Assembly (NCBI GenBank): GCA_965112155.1
Contig: OZ218110.1
Reading direction: 5' to 3' (one strand)
DNA: 64,000 nt
Source of the DNA: Podarcis liolepis
Lineage: Eukaryota
The notes below the pieces were generated by a model. The model worked only from the letters and a program-made list of their open reading frames with translations. It made no database searches and was not told the origin of the DNA. This document shows positions 58,597 to 64,000 of this stretch, one piece after another. The translations under genes were made by a program, and so were the position numbers. The stretch's first letter is position 1; each line of letters opens with the position of its first letter.

Positions 58597-58764
58597 CAGT
58601 GGCGTAGCGTGGGTTGTCAGCACCCGGGGCAAGGCAAGTAATTTGCGCCCCCTAACCCATGGATTTGCGCCCCCTAACCCGTGGATTTGCGCCCCTAACC
58701 CTAACCCCCAGATGTTGCACCCAGTGTGGCCGGGCCCCCCTGCACCCCCCACGCTACGCCACTG
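58597..58764. mobile_element. hAT-type MITE
   Basis: 17-bp TIRs CAGTGGCGTAGCGTGGG/CCCACGCTACGCCACTG and an 8-bp TSD TAGGCCGG/TAGGCCAG. Confidence 0.88.
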
Positions 58765-60606
58765 TAGGCCAGTAAAGAAACTAAAGTTAAGAAACTGACA
58801 AGAATTTTATCTGAGAAACCATAAACTTGTTAACACTTATAAAATAAACTTGTTTATTTGCTTCAATTTTAATAACTGTCTGGACTCGGTGTGTACCCGA
58901 GAGTAACGGGTTGGTGGCAGCGGGGAAGCGAGCACAGTGGTGGCACAGGGATCAATAGACCGTCAAACGTCCGGGGACCCTGTGTGATCGCCACAGGCCC
59001 CCTCTGTTGATCTTCACATATGGTAGGGTATGTGGAGATAAAGTCAGCATGTCCCATATTTAGAGCCTACGTCATTTAGGTTGTTAAACACTAACATGGG
59101 CATCCATAAACATACTGACAGCCAATGAAGCTGTTTTAGAACAGGGGATATATGAGTTCTAAAGGTAACCCCAGGCAATGGCGACTGCATTTTGGACCAA
59201 TTCTGAGTCACCTTCAAGGGCAGCTCCAGATAATAATCCAACCTGGAAGTTACCACAGTATGGAGTACTGTAGCCAAGTCATCTCTGTCCAAATTGGGCT
59301 GTAGCTAGTAAAACAGTCATAGCTGGAAAGAGGCACTCCTGGTAACCAAGACTACCTGAGCTCCAAATGTCAATGTTGGATCTAGGAACATTCCCAAGCT
59401 AAGAATCAGCTCCTTTCAGGGTAATGTAACTCTACCCAGAGGAGGCTTCAATTTGTTGACCCAAATACAGCCCATCACTGCCTCAAAACACCTGTCTGGC
59501 AAGTCAGCTTTCTCTCCAAATTCAGAGGGAGCTGAGTGTCACCCACATATTGATGGCACTTCACTCCAAAACCCCTGATCACAACTCCCAGCAGCTGCAT
59601 GTAGATGTTCAATAGCAAAAGGAAACAAAATGGAACATCTGAGGGTGTTGAAAAATGACCTTTCGTAACTACTTTCTGGAAACAGTCCTGGAGGTAGGAG
59701 CAGATCAGATGAATTCAAATGCCCCCAACATTCATCTCTGGGAGCTGTTCCAGAAAGATACAATTGTCAATGGCATCAAAACAACTGTGAAAGATCAAGA
59801 AGAATGAGCAGGGTCACACTCCCTGCATCTCTCTCCTAGCAAATGTCATCAACCAGGATGACCAGAGCAGTTTCAGTTCCATAACTGGGCCTTAAACTAG
59901 GCTGAAATGTATTCAGAAATTCAGTCTCCTCCAACCATGCTTGAAGGTGGACTGCTACAACCCTCTAAAGTGCCATACCCAAACAGGGAAAATGAGCCAC
60001 TGGGCAATAGCTGTTTAGCACTTCCGGGTCCAGGGAAGTCTTCTTAAGGAGGGGATGGACGACAGCCTCTTTCAAGACAGGTGGGTAGTCCTGCCTCCTC
60101 CAGTGAAGCATTGATCACTCCCTAGGCCCACATGGTGAAGTCAATCAGACTTGACTTGATCAGGGTTGGAGACTCCCGTTGTTCTAGGCACATTTTGTGA
60201 CGGGGAATCTCATTAGTGCAAGCAGTTTCTTAGCTCTGGGTGCTGTACAGAGCCTAAGATTTCAGATTTAAACTGCAGAGTGGAAGGAAAGGAGGACCTT
60301 TTTCTACCTCCCCACTTCCAGCCACTCTCTGAAGACTGGAGAAGGGACCCTCTTAAGAATATTAGGGGGGTGGGCAGGCGAAGGACTAGACTATGTGAAA
60401 AATGAACATAATATTTTAGCTGCAGTTCATTCATTTTCAACTTTGTATCCTTGTTATAAAAAAAGCGAGCCTAGACATGAAGTTGTTCCACCCATAACTT
60501 ACGTTTAAGGTGCCATTTAGCTCCTAGCTTTCATATCTCAGTTTCTAACACTGGACTTGATGTGTCAAAAGGAACATAAAACAGAATTGCACACATGGGG
60601 AGTTCT

Positions 60607-61533
60607 TTACATGGCAATCCCACCCCACCTTTTCACCACAGCAGTCTTCATTTCCTTATTTCTAAGTGTATATATGAGCGGGTTCAAAAATGGGGTTATT
60701 GTGGTGTAGAACACACAAACCACAGGATCCATGGAGTCCTGAGAAGCTGGCCTCAGGTAGTGATAAACCACAGGTAGGTAATATATTCCCACCACAGTAA
60801 GATGGGCTGTGCAGGTTGAGAAGGCCCGTCGACGCCCTTCCCTGCTGCTGATCCTCAAAATAGCTGAGATAATGTAGACATAGGAGGTCAATATAAGGAG
60901 GAAGCAAGTCATTGCCACACTGCCAATATCTATCAACACCATCATCTGATTGAACTCTGTATCAGCACAAGCCAGCTTCAACATTGCAGGGATGTCACAT
61001 AAGATATAGTCAACATCATTTCTTTGCCCATATGGCAAACGGAAGGTGAGGGTTGTCTGTATAATTGAGTTCAAACAGCCTCCAATCACTGTCCCCAAGG
61101 AGAGGCCAAGGCAGGCTTTCCAATTCATGATGTTGGTGTAATGGAGAGGCTTACAAATGGCCAAGAAGCGATCATAAGCCATCAAGGTGTAAAGGAGACT
61201 TTCTGCACATCCGAGGAAGTTGAAGAAAAATAACTGAGAGACGCAATTTGTGAAGGAGATGACTTTTCCACCGGGGATAAATCCTGCAATCACTTTGGGA
61301 ACGACGACAGAAGAGAAAGCCATGTCCAGGATGGACAGATGGCAGAGGAACCAGTACATGGGCTTGTGCAACTGGAGGTCAGAAGCCACCACCCAGAGAA
61401 TGAGAGAATTTCCAGACAGGGTCAGCAGGAACATGAGCAAGAAGAAGAGAAACAATGGGACCTTCATTTCTGGTGGGTATTGGAACCCTGAGAGGACGAA
61501 CTCTCTTGGTGCTGTTTCATTTGCACACTCCAT
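60607..61533 (-). CDS. Olfactory receptor, class II (OR-E, 308 aa), inverted paralog of OR-B
   Basis: Canonical OR motifs are present; TM1-TM4 are nearly identical to OR-B. Confidence 0.95.
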   Translation of the reverse strand: MECANETAPREFVLSGFQYPPEMKVPLFLFFLLMFLLTLSGNSLILWVVASDLQLHKPMYWFLCHLSILDMAFSSVVVPKVIAGFIPGGKVISFTNCVSQLFFFNFLGCAESLLYTLMAYDRFLAICKPLHYTNIMNWKACLGLSLGTVIGGCLNSIIQTTLTFRLPYGQRNDVDYILCDIPAMLKLACADTEFNQMMVLIDIGSVAMTCFLLILTSYVYIISAILRISSREGRRRAFSTCTAHLTVVGIYYLPVVYHYLRPASQDSMDPVVCVFYTTITPFLNPLIYTLRNKEMKTAVVKRWGGIAM

Positions 61534-62839
61534 TGGTAAGATATTAATATCAGTTAGATAAGTTTGATTAACATTTTGGGAAGTGAATGAGAAGGTGAGA
61601 TATCACTACTGATGACAACGTTTTCCAAAAGTAGGTGACACCTATACAGTTGTAGGGAAGGACATGATCTATAGAAGCAGTTGTTGGCCTCCTCCCAGCA
61701 CAATGGAAACAAGTCCATTAAGGTGAATGGAGAACCGCCAAACCCACCTCAGTCTGCTCTCAGCCAATGCCCACCTCCCTGTCTTCCTAGTCACAACTGA
61801 TCCAAGGGCCTGCCTGCTTCCTCTTCCTTTGTCTCTGTCTTGCCCAGAGGAGTTCTAGGGAAAACTTGCATTCGTTCGCTCTGTCATTGGCTCTGGCACC
61901 ACCCACTGTCTGTCTTCTTGCCTTTTCCCCTACCATTTCCAATGGGCACCACTGTCCCAGCAACAACTTAGACCTTTGTTAATATCTTAAGGAACCCAGG
62001 TAGCAGATAATTGCTGAACAGCACAGGATTAGTGGTGGTAACTGCACCACAAGAGACAAAGAGGTGTTGCTTTCCACTCTTGTTTCCCTATGTGTTGTTT
62101 GAGAGAAGGAAGGAGGGTTTCCTTTCTAACTGTGTTAGAGAAAAGAACAGAACTAAAAGGCTCTCTACATTCAACTGTAGGAACTAGCAACAGGCACTAG
62201 GAAGAGCCCAGTTTTAAAAGGCTGAAAAAATCTTGGCTTAATAAGTCAACGTCAGGTGAACGATTGGCAATAAATCTCCTTGTCAGAATCAGCCAGACAT
62301 AAAATCCATCATCAGATTTGGTATGGAAGGATGCATTCACCCAAGGCTTGGCTATAATGTGGTTCTGACATCCTTTCACCAACTTGTGTATCCATTACAA
62401 ACCACTTGGTAACAAATGTGGGGGGAAAGCCTGGCTTTTCCACTTGAGTTCAGTTGGCTTCTGCATCCATAGGGCCCACTCCTCAACAGTTATTTCCTGC
62501 CCTTGAGTCAGCTTATTGGAGTTCAGTGATAAGCTGGAAAAAACAACAATGCATACAGTCACATATAATCCAACATTAGCATACTAATGCTTTTGCCATG
62601 ATACAGCTCTTGAAAGACTATTCTCAATTTTTTAATCTTATTATTTATTAGATGCATATCCTGCCCTTCGTTCCATCTTCTTCCATAAACACAGTTGGGA
62701 GATGCTATTCAATACAGTTTTCGGACAGCTATTGGCTAAATTAACTCTTTGATGACACGCTTGCTATAGAACCTGGTGATAGTTCCAAGAGGAATGGTGA
62801 GAACTTCTGGCAGAAGCGAATTTGTTGTTGTCAACCTTA

Positions 62840-63735
62840 AATCATTTATATCATTTCAGTTTGTTTCTGTTCAGAAGACTCACCTGATGTTTCACCAAGA
62901 GCCAAGGTGGCCCCTCAGTGCAAGCTATTTCATTGGAGTTGCCGCAGATGTACCTTCACTCAGACATAACTTCAGCAAATGACAGAGGGAATCCTGAAGC
63001 TATATTCCCTTCCAGAGTGGTAGCTGTGTGATCTGCTGCAGGAGAGAACATGGAGGGTATTGGAACACCTTAAAGGCTTTCAGCTATGCTGTGGCTAGGT
63101 CAGCCCACAAATCAGATTTCCTTTCATTCATATTTGTTTCTTCTGAGATGCAGAAAGGAAAAAAAAGTTGGCATGAGGATAGCTGCAGGGGATAATCAGC
63201 TCAATGTTTTTCACCAAGAGAGGCACCATTTCATCTTCCCCCTGTATCTTTATAATACTGCAGCTTCAGTGAGTTTAAGAGCAGATCCTTGTTCGTTCCC
63301 TCTGGAGGGAATGTGCCCATCTGAGAACATGTTTATGCCCTATGGTTTCATTAGATTCCAGACAGCGTCATTTATAATATGGTTCATTTGGAGGGTGGAA
63401 AGAGAGACTGATAGTTATTATAAATTCCACTGGGGAATAATTATTTGCAATCAATGGTTTTGGATGGTCATGAGCAAGAGTCTGGGGTGAGACGGCAACT
63501 AGAAACCAGGACCTATATGAAACAGGTCATTGGCCAGAACTGATGAGCTGGAGAGGACAGTAGATTAAACCAAGGCTCAGCATGAAAGAACCACCAAAGA
63601 ATCATGAGAGCTGAAGAAGAACTGGTTAAACAAAACCCAAAGGGAAGCCTGGGTGGGCAGTATCAGTCCAGAAAGTTCTTCACTGCCACCTGCAGTTCAT
63701 TGGTTGACCACAGGTGGCAGCCACATACACACACA
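62840..63735 (-). repeat. Inverted duplicate of the region upstream of OR-B (about 44310-45190)
   Basis: Reverse-complement matches include GGCAGTGAAGA-CTTTCTGGAC-GATACTGCCCACCCAGGC, TTAACCAGTTCTTCTTCAG, GGGCATAAACATGTTC and TGAGTCT-CTGAACAGAAAC. Confidence 0.8.
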
Positions 63736-64000
63736 AACATACAAACCAGGAGCCCCTGACAGTTGGTCTACGTTCAGTGCCTATGAAATCAATAAGACAC
63801 ATTGGCATGACTGGTGCAGTCACACTGGGTGTTGCGTTGCAGGGGGTGACAAAAAAGCACTGTAGAACAGAACGTGAGAAGCAAGGGGTGCCAAATTTTA
63901 GCGTCACGCAGCCCAAAGTCTGCCAGTGAAAGCTTCTTTTATGTGTTGTAAGAAAAACTGCTCCCTTTCCCTTATGGGGTATTCCGGAGCCCATATAGAG

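Larger units (their letters stand above)
58282..58995 (+). mobile_element. Solo LTR containing (GAGTTA)n and a nested hAT MITE
   Basis: Inverted termini TGTGGCG...CGCCACA, flanking duplication GGCCCC (58276-58281 and 58996-59001), a CCAAT box, and AATAAA near 58843. Confidence 0.78.
58120..60200 (-). mobile_element. Old degenerate L2 LINE, split by an LTR insertion
   Basis: The remnant peptide DLATVLHTVVTSRLDY...LKQLHWL (59044-59292) is homologous to the L2 at 18130-18330. Boundaries are approximate. Confidence 0.7.

Overview
Eukaryotic (vertebrate) DNA, very probably from a lacertid lizard, judged from the Sauria/Squam1-type and Squam3-type SINEs recognised by eye. The left 41.4 kb is a tandem array of three six-exon vomeronasal type-2 receptor (V2R, class C GPCR) genes on +. 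V2R-1 (1000-19888) and V2R-3 (33620-41239) splice to intact 888 and 889 aa ORFs. V2R-2 (22457-31288) is disabled only by one CAA>TAA change in exon 1. The V2R-1 introns hold many insertions: a full-length L1 with both ORFs intact and a perfect 19-bp TSD, a 1.35-kb non-coding retroposon with its own 19-bp TSD, solo LTRs, SINEs, an L2 fused to a MITE half, and a Penelope-like fragment with a hammerhead-ribozyme core. A cluster of five intact single-exon class II olfactory receptors (family-10-like; four on +, one on -) begins 1.55 kb after the last V2R stop. The most notable observations are: (i) V2R-3 has lost the AATAAA that its paralogs retain, and the next one lies beyond the first OR; (ii) a stop plus AATAAA overlaps the exon-4 donor region and could yield a secreted Venus-flytrap isoform; (iii) the OR upstream regions share a motif close to the mouse H/P-element homeodomain 13-mer; (iv) gene-conversion mosaics are visible among both V2Rs and ORs; (v) one OR takes its stop codon from a SINE. 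All alignments and TE family names come from manual reading and were not computed.
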